From an uncultured bacterium (GTDB lineage: Bacteria > Bacillota_I > Bacilli_A > RF39 > UBA660): a stretch of 64,000 bases of DNA. The notes beneath the pieces were generated by a model. It was not told the DNA's origin. It searched no databases and saw only the letters and a list, made by a program, of their open reading frames with translations. Within the stretch, counting starts at the first letter, position 1. Each line of letters starts with the position of its first letter. The translations under genes were made by a program, and so were the position numbers. Below, piece by piece: positions 39,485 to 48,746 of this stretch. The stretch spans positions 1,693-65,692 of the forward strand of contig CASFOW010000013.1 of assembly GCA_949296705.1 (NCBI GenBank), written 5' to 3'.

Positions 39485-39631
39485 ATTGATTACTTACTTC
39501 TTTCTATCCTTAAAAAGGTGTCTATTAGACATTATAACGAAATTTTTCTCTTATGAAAAGTTTTTTCTTACTTTATTTCCTATCTTTTTGTCGACAATAG
39601 TTAAGTTGGCATGACTCTTTCAACAAGATTT

Positions 39632-39671
39632 TCTAAAAATCAAAAAGTAGATTCGTTTTAGAACCTACTTT
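39632..39671 (-). terminator. Possible terminator after the GT8 gene
   Basis: Minus strand has AAAGTAG-(14-nt loop)-CTACTTT followed by TTGATTTTT, about 80 nt after the stop at 39754. Confidence 0.4.
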
Positions 39672-39753
39672 ATCTTTTAAGTATTTTCGATGTTCTTTAA
39701 TAAATTTTTCTATTTCTAAGCTTTTTATTAGCTCTTAATTCTTTACTAGATAT

Positions 39754-40740
39754 CTATTCTTTATTTTTCATGAATACTTTCGTCATTATTTTCTTTAATG
39801 GTTGATGACACACATCTGGCATATATGCTCTAGCTAAAAGCATCTGATAAAATTTATCTCGAGAATTGATTAGTGGAATATGAGCTGGCGCATCTATCAA
39901 CTCAAAATGATCATCTACTTGAAATACATATTTTCTAAAAAGGTGATTGTAGGGATTTACATTATTCTTCATCCAGGGTTTAATTCCAAATAACCCATAA
40001 CTGTGTAAAATCTTAGGATTTTCTCGAGCTTTACAAATTTCTGGATAAGCAATTCCTTTCTTTAAACAATATAACTTTCTTTGAGGAGTATTTAACCCAA
40101 ATACATAGGGAGGTAGATTATAAGAAAGGGGAAGCTCTTCTATTTTTTCGTTTAATACACAATTTAAAGTATCTTGATCAGGATATTGGAGTTTTAAATC
40201 AGGATGAGTTCTAATAAAGTCAATGATTTGTTGTTGGCAATTCTCTTTTACCCAAGCTTCTTTGTTGATATATAAGACTCCTGAATTATAGTAGGTCGGA
40301 ATATTTAGATGTTTATAATATTTCTTTTCTAATTCGTCCCTACTAGCATATATTAGATGTTCAGGGAGGGAAAAAAGAGTATTCAATTGGTCGATAATAA
40401 TTGTATCAGAATCTAAGTATAATAAATTATCGATTTCAGAAAGTTGCTTGGCTAATATTTCTTGGAAAAACAGTCTAGAATTAGCAATCTGACTTCCTTT
40501 CCATTCAGGAAGACAATATTTTTCGATGTGGTAATCTTCTAGGGGATAGATATAATACTTTATCTGAGGATAGGCATACATTACTTTTTCTATTTTCTGA
40601 TAGTCATCATCTTCTAATTTTTCGGTAATCAGATGAAGGATTGGCTTTTCTAACTCGCTATTTTCTAATAGAGATAAAATAGAAGCTAAAGTAATTTCTA
40701 AATAGTTTTTATCGGTTGCGTATAAAATATGAGATGTCAT
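39754..40740 (-). CDS. Family 8 glycosyltransferase (GT8, LPS-glycosyltransferase/GspA-like), paralog A
   Basis: 328 aa. ILYATDKNYL..., the DxD motif LYLDSDTII, and NSGVLYIN are present. It starts 22 nt after the uvrB stop. Confidence 0.8.
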   Translation of the reverse strand: MTSHILYATDKNYLEITLASILSLLENSELEKPILHLITEKLEDDDYQKIEKVMYAYPQIKYYIYPLEDYHIEKYCLPEWKGSQIANSRLFFQEILAKQLSEIDNLLYLDSDTIIIDQLNTLFSLPEHLIYASRDELEKKYYKHLNIPTYYNSGVLYINKEAWVKENCQQQIIDFIRTHPDLKLQYPDQDTLNCVLNEKIEELPLSYNLPPYVFGLNTPQRKLYCLKKGIAYPEICKARENPKILHSYGLFGIKPWMKNNVNPYNHLFRKYVFQVDDHFELIDAPAHIPLINSRDKFYQMLLARAYMPDVCHQPLKKIMTKVFMKNKE

Positions 40741-40762
40741 TAAATAGTTATCACCCTATTTT

Positions 40763-42727
40763 CTATTCATTTTCTGCTTTCATTTCGAATAAAATATCAC
40801 GTAGTTCCATCGCTCTTTCGAAGTCAAGGTCACGAGCAGCTTTCTTCATTTCCTCTTCAATATTTTGAATTGTCTTAAGTAACTCTTTCTTATCGACTTT
40901 CTGAGTTTTCTTTCCTTTTGTTTCCTTGGTTTCATCGACGTTACTGATTAATTCACGAATTTCTTTTTGAATCGTTTTAGGAACAATACCATGTTCACGG
41001 TTATATGCTTCTTGAATTTCTCGACGACGTTTTGTTTCATCGATCGCATTTCTCATACTATCCGTGATTTTATCGGCATACATAATACAGTGTCCTTCAG
41101 CATTTCTCGCACAACGCCCAATGGTTTGGATTAAGCTTCGTTCACTTCTCAAGAAACCTTCTTTATCCGCATCTAAAATGGCGATTAAACTTACTTCTGG
41201 GATATCAATTCCTTCTCTTAGTAGGTTAATTCCGACGATACAATCGTATTTTCCAAGACGAAGATCACGAATAATCCGCATTCTCTCTAGCGTTTTCACT
41301 TCACTATGTAAATAAGCGACTTTAATATCGGTTTCTTTTAAATAGTTGGTTAATTCTTCAGCCATACGAATAGTCAGTGTCGTAATTAAGGTTCTTTCAT
41401 TCTTAGCTATCCGTTCTTTAATCTCAGCAATTAAATCATCGATTTGCCCTTCTGTTTTACGGATTTCAATGGTCGGATCTAATAGTCCAGTCGGACGAAT
41501 AATTTGTTCAATGAACTTACCACCAGTCAAGCCAAGTTCATAGTCACCAGGTGTTGCGGATACATAAATAGCTTGATTTAATTTATGTTCAAATTCATCG
41601 AATTTTAATGGCCGATTATCCAAGGCACTAGGTAACCTAAAACCATATTCTACTAAATTCATTTTACGAGCTCGGTCGCCATTATACATACCACGTACTT
41701 GAGGAAGGGTAACATGGGATTCATCAACGATCAAAAGAAAATCCTCAGGAAAGAAATCAATTAATGTCGTAGGTGTTTCCCCTTCTCCTCTTAGGGACAT
41801 ATGGCGAGAATAGTTTTCAATACCATGACAGAACCCAGTTTCTTCTAACATTTCAATATCGTAGTTCGTTCTTTGTTCTAATCTTTCGGCAGCGAGTAGC
41901 TTGTTTTCTTCTTTTAATTCCTTTAAGCGTTCGGCAAGTTCTTCTTTGATTCTACGGATTGCTTCATGGAGCTTATCATCACTTGTTACGAAGTGACTAG
42001 CTGGGAAAATACTGACTGTTTTCTTATTTTGGATAATCGCTCCAGTTAAAATATCAATTTCACTGATTCTGTCTACTTCATCATCGAAGAATTCAATTCT
42101 AATTCCCTTGGTACTCTGATAAGCTGGGATGATTTCTAGAGTGTCCCCTTTAACTCGAAAAGTTCCACGTTTAAAATCGAAGTCATTTCTTTCATACATC
42201 ATTTCTACTAGTTTAGCTAGAATTTGATTTCTACTGATAATATCCCCTACATTAATGGTTAACATTTTCTTTAAATATTCTTCTACTTCACCAATACCAT
42301 AGATACAAGAAACACTCGCAACAACAATAACATCCCGTCTAGAAAGTAATGCACTGGTAGCGGAATGACGCAACTCATCAATTTCATCGTTGATGGAAGA
42401 ATCCTTTTCAATATAGGTATCTGTAGAAGGAACATAGGCTTCTGGTTGATAATAGTCATAGTAGGAAACAAAATACTCTACTCGATTTTCAGGGAATAGT
42501 TCTTTAAACTCAGAGTATAGTTGCCCCGCTAATGTTTTATTATGAGCTAAAATTAGAGTTGGCTTATCTACTTCTTGAATAACATTTGCCATCGTAAAAG
42601 TCTTTCCCGTTCCCGTTGCCCCTAGTAGAACTTGGTTTTTCTTTCCTTCTTTTATTCCTGCGACTAACTCTTTAATGGCTTCTGGTTGATCACCACTTGG
42701 TTTGAATTTTGATACTAATTTAAACAT
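40763..42727 (-). CDS. uvrB: Excinuclease ABC subunit B
   Basis: [21 protein letters not shown]..., Walker [14 protein letters not shown] and the C-terminal UVR domain are present. The ATG at 42727 has AGGTGA 5 nt upstream; the ORF track begins at the GTG at 42736. Confidence 0.97.
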   Translation of the reverse strand: MFKLVSKFKPSGDQPEAIKELVAGIKEGKKNQVLLGATGTGKTFTMANVIQEVDKPTLILAHNKTLAGQLYSEFKELFPENRVEYFVSYYDYYQPEAYVPSTDTYIEKDSSINDEIDELRHSATSALLSRRDVIVVASVSCIYGIGEVEEYLKKMLTINVGDIISRNQILAKLVEMMYERNDFDFKRGTFRVKGDTLEIIPAYQSTKGIRIEFFDDEVDRISEIDILTGAIIQNKKTVSIFPASHFVTSDDKLHEAIRRIKEELAERLKELKEENKLLAAERLEQRTNYDIEMLEETGFCHGIENYSRHMSLRGEGETPTTLIDFFPEDFLLIVDESHVTLPQVRGMYNGDRARKMNLVEYGFRLPSALDNRPLKFDEFEHKLNQAIYVSATPGDYELGLTGGKFIEQIIRPTGLLDPTIEIRKTEGQIDDLIAEIKERIAKNERTLITTLTIRMAEELTNYLKETDIKVAYLHSEVKTLERMRIIRDLRLGKYDCIVGINLLREGIDIPEVSLIAILDADKEGFLRSERSLIQTIGRCARNAEGHCIMYADKITDSMRNAIDETKRRREIQEAYNREHGIVPKTIQKEIRELISNVDETKETKGKKTQKVDKKELLKTIQNIEEEMKKAARDLDFERAMELRDILFEMKAENE

Positions 42728-42866
42728 ATATATCACCTTTTTGTAAATTTTATAAAAATCGTGTAATACTTCTTGAAAAGTTCAACTCAAGATTAAGCAA
42801 GTAAAAGTTACTCATCTTGATTTTAAAATAAAAAGAAAATAATCTTTAACTTTAATTTCAGGGAAT

Positions 42867-42895
42867 ATTCTATCATCTTTTTATTTTTTGTACAA
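42867..42895 (-). promoter_or_regulatory. Candidate sigma-A promoter for uvrB
   Basis: Minus strand reads TTGTAC-17 nt-TAGAAT. It would give a leader of about 130 nt with inverted repeats. Confidence 0.45.
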
Positions 42896-42940
42896 TAGAA
42901 CAGAAAGCATATTTCTTTGCTTAAATTTAATTTTTGCAAG

Positions 42941-42977
42941 AAACAAAAAGACATAACTTTGTACAGTGAAAGTTATG
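42941..42977 (-). terminator. Intrinsic terminator closing the hypothetical operon upstream of uvrB
   Basis: Minus strand has CATAACTTT-cactgtac-AAAGTTATG (perfect 9 bp) followed by TCTTTTTGTTT. Confidence 0.7.
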
Positions 42978-43072
42978 CTTATTTATTTTTAACTTCTTAA
43001 CTATTTGTAGATATAAGTTCATATTTTTCGTAAATTCATTCATTTTTAAGAGGTAGAGCGATTGCTTCTTTT

Positions 43073-43411
43073 TTAGCGAATAGTTTCGTCCATTTCTAAG
43101 TTATAATCCAATTGTTCTTGTTTTCTAATAAAGGGATCAATATATTCATAATAATCCGGCTTGGGATGTAATTCAAATGCATCATAACTTTTTATGTACT
43201 TTTTCTTATTTATTGTTATTATTTCTTCTTGTTGAAAATTAAAAATTATGCTGATTAAGAAAGAGGCAATAAGACAAACAGGAATTTCTATAACGAGTAA
43301 GAAAATACTAATTAGGAAACCGTCTATCTTTCCTTGTTTCTTATTGATATAGATCAGTGAATAAATAATCAGAAAAATATTGATAAGAAAAAGTAAGGCA
43401 TAGTATACCAT
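43073..43411 (-). CDS. Hypothetical membrane protein (112 aa, two TM helices plus soluble tail)
   Basis: Intact ORF with hydrophobic segments YYALLFLINIFLIIYSLIYI and FLISIFLLVIEIPVCLIASFLISIIF. I recognise no family. Confidence 0.55.
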   Translation of the reverse strand: MVYYALLFLINIFLIIYSLIYINKKQGKIDGFLISIFLLVIEIPVCLIASFLISIIFNFQQEEIITINKKKYIKSYDAFELHPKPDYYEYIDPFIRKQEQLDYNLEMDETIR

Positions 43412-43521
43412 CCCAAAAAATCATAGCCCATACTATTTAAAATTATTTTTATCACTAAAAACAATGTAATTACTAGTAGTAACCCTATTACTCCTAGTAG
43501 ATACCAATTCCTTTTTTTCAT
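43369..43521 (-). CDS. Possible small membrane protein (50 aa)
   Basis: The ATG at 43521 follows AGAGGAAG. Translation is MKKRNWYLLGVIGLLLVITLFLVIKIILNSMGYDFLGWYTMPYFFLSIFF. It overlaps the next ORF by 43 nt in another frame, just past a T6 run. Confidence 0.35.
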   Translation of the reverse strand: MKKRNWYLLGVIGLLLVITLFLVIKIILNSMGYDFLGWYTMPYFFLSIFF

Positions 43522-43586
43522 ATACTTCCTCTATCTATACGGCATTAAATTAGGCTGCTCTTTTTCTTATTTAATTGAAGAAAAAT

Positions 43587-43952
43587 TTATTTACTTTCTT
43601 CGTTATTTTCTCTATTCATCAAATAAGAATTGACGTATGACGTAATTTTACTATCTGTTAAGTAAAAATAATTTCCATTTTTTAGAACATATTTACTTCC
43701 CTTATCTGTTTCTATTATTTTTTCAATTTCAGATAATCGTGTTTCCAATATAATTTCCTTCTTCATTCTTACTATAGGATTAATTTGTGGACCAGAGCGA
43801 AAGGATTCTTCATCTTTAGGATAATCAAACAATAACATTCTTTGATTCGTAATTAACGTAGTGATAGGGATTTTTTTATTTTCTACCCTTAATAATGACT
43901 TATCCGATAATAGTTTTATCTCCTCTTTTTCTAATAAAATATACTCTAACAT
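43587..43952 (-). CDS. Hypothetical protein (121 aa)
   Basis: Intact ORF with AAGGAG SD. I make no confident family assignment. PH/GRAM-like is only a guess from its size and beta-rich pattern. Confidence 0.55.
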   Translation of the reverse strand: MLEYILLEKEEIKLLSDKSLLRVENKKIPITTLITNQRMLLFDYPKDEESFRSGPQINPIVRMKKEIILETRLSEIEKIIETDKGSKYVLKNGNYFYLTDSKITSYVNSYLMNRENNEESK

Positions 43953-43984
43953 AATATTTCTCCTTTTTTTCGTTAAAACTTAGA

Positions 43985-44182
43985 TCAATCCATATCTTCA
44001 GCTATACTTATAGCATCTTCTACTTTATCTTCGTCCAGCAATAGGGAAATAAGTCGTAGTTTTAACTCTTGTTTTTCTTCTGGTGATAAGTTTTTTATTT
44101 TCTCTTCTATGGTTAAATTCTCTTCTATATCACTTACATTATTTTCCATATCAGTTAGTTCATACTCTTCTTCTTGCGGCAT
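43985..44182 (-). CDS. Hypothetical hyper-acidic small protein (65 aa)
   Basis: 22 Asp/Glu against 6 Lys/Arg. Its start overlaps the 3' end of the 581-aa gene by 23 nt, which suggests translational coupling. Confidence 0.5.
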   Translation of the reverse strand: MPQEEEYELTDMENNVSDIEENLTIEEKIKNLSPEEKQELKLRLISLLLDEDKVEDAISIAEDMD

Positions 44183-45905
44183 TAGGTTTCACCTCACTTT
44201 GGGCCATTTCTAATAATTCAACAGCAATATCACTAGGGATTTGTTCGCTACTTTCTTTAATTGGAGATTTTATACTATGAATTTCATTTTCTATTCCTTG
44301 TTCAGCCCACCATAAACTTCTTCCATACTCACCATATCGTTCAAGACTAGCCAAGTCATCAATTAATTCAGCATGTCTATTGATCTCTTGTAAAAGCTTT
44401 CTTACTACCTTGATTCTTTTTGGCATAATGTGTTGGTAGGCATCAACTAAACGTTCATCTTTACCAATTACTCTTGTTGCATTTTTTAATTTCTTTAACT
44501 CTTGGTATAGGCAAGTGAACATCACAATAAAGTAATGGAATTTTTCCTCCGTACTCATTTTTTCTACTTGTTGTTTTTCTATTTCTTGTTCGAGTGCTTT
44601 TAATACAAAATCTCTAGCTACTTCATATTTATCCATATCCAGATGATTTTCTTTATCGATTAGTCCTTTAAATAGTTCTTGACTTGGCTTTACTTCCCCA
44701 GATTTAGTAAACATAATTTGAAGCATAGGATATTCATTCACATATTCTGGTCTTTTTTTTACAATTTCACTTAAATAGTGGACATCGAAATATTCCATTT
44801 GGCGTCTTTTACCCTTATTTGTTTTATACCCCACAGTTTGTTGGTAGTTAAGATTTACTAGATTTGTATCTATTTCTTCTTTATACATAGTCTTATCAAT
44901 TTTATTCTTATGTAAAACTTCTTCTAAAAATATATATCCCCAACTGTTAGCATCATTTTCCATACCATTAAAGAAGTAGTTTTTATGGTATTCATCAAAT
45001 TCATCGGTAGATAGTTCTTTTCTAAACAAATCACTTTTAATCGTTTCAAAGACCGCTAGATTGGCCTTATCTTGATGAACATGGTAAGATTGATAAGAAT
45101 GGCGATTTTCATGAGATATAACAAATAACATACTTTGAGTTGGAGTTAAAGTTGTCGTTTTACTTAATTCTTTTTCTAATACTTGTTTATTTATACCAAT
45201 TACTCCGAAATTGTCATAGTTAACTCCTCTTATATTTTTTAATTCATTTTTATTGATGTCTTTATCACTAAGATAGACACTAGTTAACGGAATATCTAAA
45301 TCTCTACAACAATAGTTAGACATCATTTGGATAAGAAAGTTTTTTTCTATTAAGGATAAATGTTCTTGCTTGGCATCTTTTTTTAATAAATATTGAAAAA
45401 GATTATCCAGGACATTCTTTCCCTCTTTAGTCGTATAGCCAATCATTCCAGATGCGTAAGTAATTAAAAATTGTAAGTCATATTCTTCTACTTTTTCATT
45501 ATTTCTTATTTTTTGATATATTTCTATTGCCCGATCATAGGCGTTTTTGTCACGTTCTTTTAGTTTTGTTAATTCTGATTCTTGGAAAAAATTCTTTCTA
45601 TATTGTTTACTAAGTAATAAAGAGTGACGCAAAATAAATAAATCATCACTATTTGTATATAGTATATTTAAATAAGCTTTTAAGTCATTCTGATTTAACT
45701 TATTTAGCTTTCCTTTTTCATATAAATCGACAATATAATTATCTAAAGCATCTAGTTGGACAATGTAATGCATATTTGCTGGACAGTTTTCTTTGGTCAT
45801 CTTCTTTTTTTCCTTTATCCATTGTTGGAGCATACTTGGTCTTTCTAGAACCTCTTGATAATATTCTTCTTCATATAAACTAATCATTCGACTATTTTTT
45901 TGCAC
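44160..45905 (-). CDS. Hypothetical 581-aa protein with an HExxH (gluzincin-like) motif
   Basis: The GTG at 45905 follows GGTGA. A single HENRH is encoded at nt 45099-45113, with Glu in GMENDAN 47 residues downstream. The rest is Lys/Glu-rich and helical-looking, and I recognise no family. Confidence 0.6.
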   Translation of the reverse strand: MQKNSRMISLYEEEYYQEVLERPSMLQQWIKEKKKMTKENCPANMHYIVQLDALDNYIVDLYEKGKLNKLNQNDLKAYLNILYTNSDDLFILRHSLLLSKQYRKNFFQESELTKLKERDKNAYDRAIEIYQKIRNNEKVEEYDLQFLITYASGMIGYTTKEGKNVLDNLFQYLLKKDAKQEHLSLIEKNFLIQMMSNYCCRDLDIPLTSVYLSDKDINKNELKNIRGVNYDNFGVIGINKQVLEKELSKTTTLTPTQSMLFVISHENRHSYQSYHVHQDKANLAVFETIKSDLFRKELSTDEFDEYHKNYFFNGMENDANSWGYIFLEEVLHKNKIDKTMYKEEIDTNLVNLNYQQTVGYKTNKGKRRQMEYFDVHYLSEIVKKRPEYVNEYPMLQIMFTKSGEVKPSQELFKGLIDKENHLDMDKYEVARDFVLKALEQEIEKQQVEKMSTEEKFHYFIVMFTCLYQELKKLKNATRVIGKDERLVDAYQHIMPKRIKVVRKLLQEINRHAELIDDLASLERYGEYGRSLWWAEQGIENEIHSIKSPIKESSEQIPSDIAVELLEMAQSEVKPNAARRRV

Positions 45906-46148
45906 ATTTCTTCACCACTTTTATTATACATAATCCCCTAATGTTTTCTAACTTAACTTTTATTAAAATTAGGCAATTGACAACTTTTTACTGAATTCTT
46001 TTACTATGTTTTGAATTAGACTTGATCGTTTTTACTTGTTTAGTAAAATTTAATATTTTAAATTAGTCCTTTTAATCGTATAATATATAAATATATTCGT
46101 TTAAATAGGTTTATCTATACGATTTATAACTAAAGAAGGGCGAGGAAA

Positions 46149-47138
46149 ATGGAAAATTTACATGTATTATATGCGACCAATTCTAATTATTTAACGGTCA
46201 CTTTGGCTTCTATTCTTTCTTTAATAGAGAATGCTGGTATTTCTAAGTTACATATTCATATGATGGTTGAAAACTTTTCAAACACGGATTATCAAAGGGT
46301 AGAGGATTTCTTCAATCAGTATCCCCAAGCTACTGTTCAAATTTATCCAATTGATGATCTTAATCTAGTTCAATATGGAATACCTTTTTGGCATGGTACT
46401 CAGGTAGCTAATTCAAGATTATTTTTTCAAGAAATTATGAAATCTAGTTTGGATAGGATTGATTATCTTCTATATTTAGATGCGGATACCATTATTGTTG
46501 GCGACTTAAATACCCTAGGACAATATACAAAAGGCATATACGCAGTTAGAGATACGACTACTTATTCCTATTATGATAAATTAAATCATCTCGATGATTA
46601 TTTTAATTCTGGAGTTATGTACATCCATCTAGATACATGGAAGAATATGGATTGTCAAACTAGAATCGTTAATTTCATTCAGGAAAACAAGGATATTCCG
46701 TTAGCTTATCCCGATCAAGATATCTTAAATTGTGTTTTGCATCATCAGATAGAATGGTTACCGTTATCTTATAATCTTTCTCCCTTTTCTTATATTTTTA
46801 GTTCAAAAAAAGAAAAACTCTTTTATAATCCCGATAAAAGAAAAGTCACTTTAGAAGAGACTATAGAAGCAAGAGAAGATCCTAAGATTATTCATTCTTA
46901 TGGATTAGCTGGAATTAAACCATGGATGGATAATCATGTTAACCCTTTTAATGATTTATTCATGCAGTATATTGAACAAATCGAACCTAACTATCAAAAA
47001 GAAAAATTAACTTTTTTTAAACAGCTACTTACTTGGCGAAAAGAATGGTTTTGTGACTTTTTACTAGTGAAGACTTATTTACCAGATAATCTTCAAGAGA
47101 AAGCTAAAGAACTCATATTATATTTACATGATCATTAG
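46149..47138 (+). CDS. Family 8 glycosyltransferase (GT8), paralog B
   Basis: 329 aa. It is about 45 % identical by eye to the 39754-40740 product (VLYATNSNYL, LYLDADTII, NSGVMYIH, YPDQDILNCVL, IHSYGLAGIKPW). Confidence 0.8.
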   Translation: MENLHVLYATNSNYLTVTLASILSLIENAGISKLHIHMMVENFSNTDYQRVEDFFNQYPQATVQIYPIDDLNLVQYGIPFWHGTQVANSRLFFQEIMKSSLDRIDYLLYLDADTIIVGDLNTLGQYTKGIYAVRDTTTYSYYDKLNHLDDYFNSGVMYIHLDTWKNMDCQTRIVNFIQENKDIPLAYPDQDILNCVLHHQIEWLPLSYNLSPFSYIFSSKKEKLFYNPDKRKVTLEETIEAREDPKIIHSYGLAGIKPWMDNHVNPFNDLFMQYIEQIEPNYQKEKLTFFKQLLTWRKEWFCDFLLVKTYLPDNLQEKAKELILYLHDH

Positions 47139-47185
47139 AATAGTTAGTTATTAGTCACTAATCTTTTATAGAGATGATTGGATAA

Positions 47186-47875
47186 TCAGTTAATACTTTC
47201 CTTAGATATAAGTTTAGAAGAGTCTATTCGATAGTGACCAAGGATACTTCCTTCATAACGTTTTAGTGCATCCTCTTCATAGACGGGTTGACCACCATGA
47301 TGAATAATATAAGGAATTCCTTCTTTATTTCTTCGATCAGAAACAACTGCAATATGATTAGGGAAAATAACAATATCTCCACCTTGCCACTTTTCAATTT
47401 GCTTTATATCCGTTGTTAAAGAGAATGCGTTCCGATCGAAAAAGATTTTTAAATTTCTGACCCGACGATAATCAATGTTTTTATCTATTACTTTAATTTC
47501 TGGATAAGATTCGCGGTGAGCTCGAATGTCTTGATCAACTAGTTCTCGTAAATCATAACCTGCTTCTAGGAAAGATGCAGCAACAACATCTGTACATACT
47601 CCTACTCCTGAAGGGGGATATCCTCCAGCATAATATTCACTTTTATACTTAGGACTTTGTTCTACGAATTTGCGTGCACCATTTAACAAGTCAACATAGT
47701 CATCTCCCCCGTCTTTATCTTGGTCATGATCACTATATACATAATCAATATTAAAATCTTCGCCACTGTAATATTTTTTAGGAATTAAATTATAGTAATC
47801 TAGAAAAGTGTAAACTAGGCCTAAAATTAAAATTATGATAATTGCTAAAATTATTAGCCGTTTATTTTTTTTCAT
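47186..47875 (-). CDS. DUF1287-domain protein (NlpC/P60-like fold) with N-terminal TM anchor
   Basis: 229 aa. GVCTDVVAASFLEAGYDL..., IDYRRVRNL, and GDIVIF...HIAVVSD are typical of DUF1287. Confidence 0.6.
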   Translation of the reverse strand: MKKNKRLIILAIIIILILGLVYTFLDYYNLIPKKYYSGEDFNIDYVYSDHDQDKDGGDDYVDLLNGARKFVEQSPKYKSEYYAGGYPPSGVGVCTDVVAASFLEAGYDLRELVDQDIRAHRESYPEIKVIDKNIDYRRVRNLKIFFDRNAFSLTTDIKQIEKWQGGDIVIFPNHIAVVSDRRNKEGIPYIIHHGGQPVYEEDALKRYEGSILGHYRIDSSKLISKESIN

Positions 47876-47911
47876 TTTACTTCACACCAACATAAAAAAA
47901 GCTTATCACTC

Positions 47912-48601
47912 TTATAGTTGAGATATCAAATTAATATATTGGTTAGATAAGTCTTCATTACTAAAGATAACACTGTCATTTTCTATTTTCCAATTATCTT
48001 TATTGGTAATCAGAAAATCAATTACTTTCTCAGAATTTCTTAGTATTTCAATTATTCCATCAATGGAATCCGCTACTGTTGTATCATCACTTTCCATATC
48101 TTTAACAATTTCTGTTTTATAAAAATTAATGTAATAGTCATCTAATCCTTTATTTTCAATATAAGACATAGCTTTTTCTTCAGTAAGGTATTCTTGATAA
48201 TTATTTTTTCTAGTTTCTAATTCTTGAATAGTCGATGTAATATAAGCTTTAGTTTCTACAAAATCTGGTCCGTCTTCTTGATAGTTTTCGGCAGTTAGTA
48301 TTTCAGTAATTCTCTCATCGTTTAATAATTCAGCGATTCTAACCATATTGTCAAAGCTATCTTTCAAATAACTTTTCATCGCTTTTTCAACTGTAGCATA
48401 ATCTCCAGTTGTGATGGTTTCCTCTAATTTTTTATTGATTGTATCGACATCAATCGGCGTAACATTAGTTAAATTACTGATTTCTACTAATTCGTCTTTT
48501 AGTTTTTGTTCTTGTTTTCCATCATTAAAAACAAAATAGCAGATAGTAACTACAGCGACAACGATTACAGCTAAAACTCCAATTAATATTTTCTTTTTCA
48601 T
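47912..48601 (-). CDS. Hypothetical membrane-anchored protein (about 229 aa)
   Basis: The ATG at 48601 follows GAGGAG (MKKKILIGVLAVIVVAVV...). It has a single N-terminal TM. I recognise no family. Confidence 0.55.
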   Translation of the reverse strand: MKKKILIGVLAVIVVAVVTICYFVFNDGKQEQKLKDELVEISNLTNVTPIDVDTINKKLEETITTGDYATVEKAMKSYLKDSFDNMVRIAELLNDERITEILTAENYQEDGPDFVETKAYITSTIQELETRKNNYQEYLTEEKAMSYIENKGLDDYYINFYKTEIVKDMESDDTTVADSIDGIIEILRNSEKVIDFLITNKDNWKIENDSVIFSNEDLSNQYINLISQL

Positions 48602-48707
48602 TTTTCTCCTCACTTTAAGATGTTTTCTTCATCTATACGCATATTCTATCACTTAAAATATATGGATGCAAGGATTAGATTTTTCAATCACCAATACTAT
48701 TTTATTC

Positions 48708-48746
48708 CAAAAGAAAAGCAGATCTTAAATTGATCGCTTTCTTTTA
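48708..48746 (-). terminator. Possible terminator after the M23 peptidase gene
   Basis: Imperfect hairpin AAAGAAAGCGATC-aatttaa-GATCTGCTTTTCTTT on the minus strand, overlapping the stop. Confidence 0.4.

Noticed and set aside
42728-43072. I looked for a LexA/Cheo box upstream of uvrB (for example GAACTTTTCAAG and AGAACAGAAAGCAT).
   Set aside because: Neither candidate has the second GTTC half-site. Only the uvrA promoter carries a credible box.
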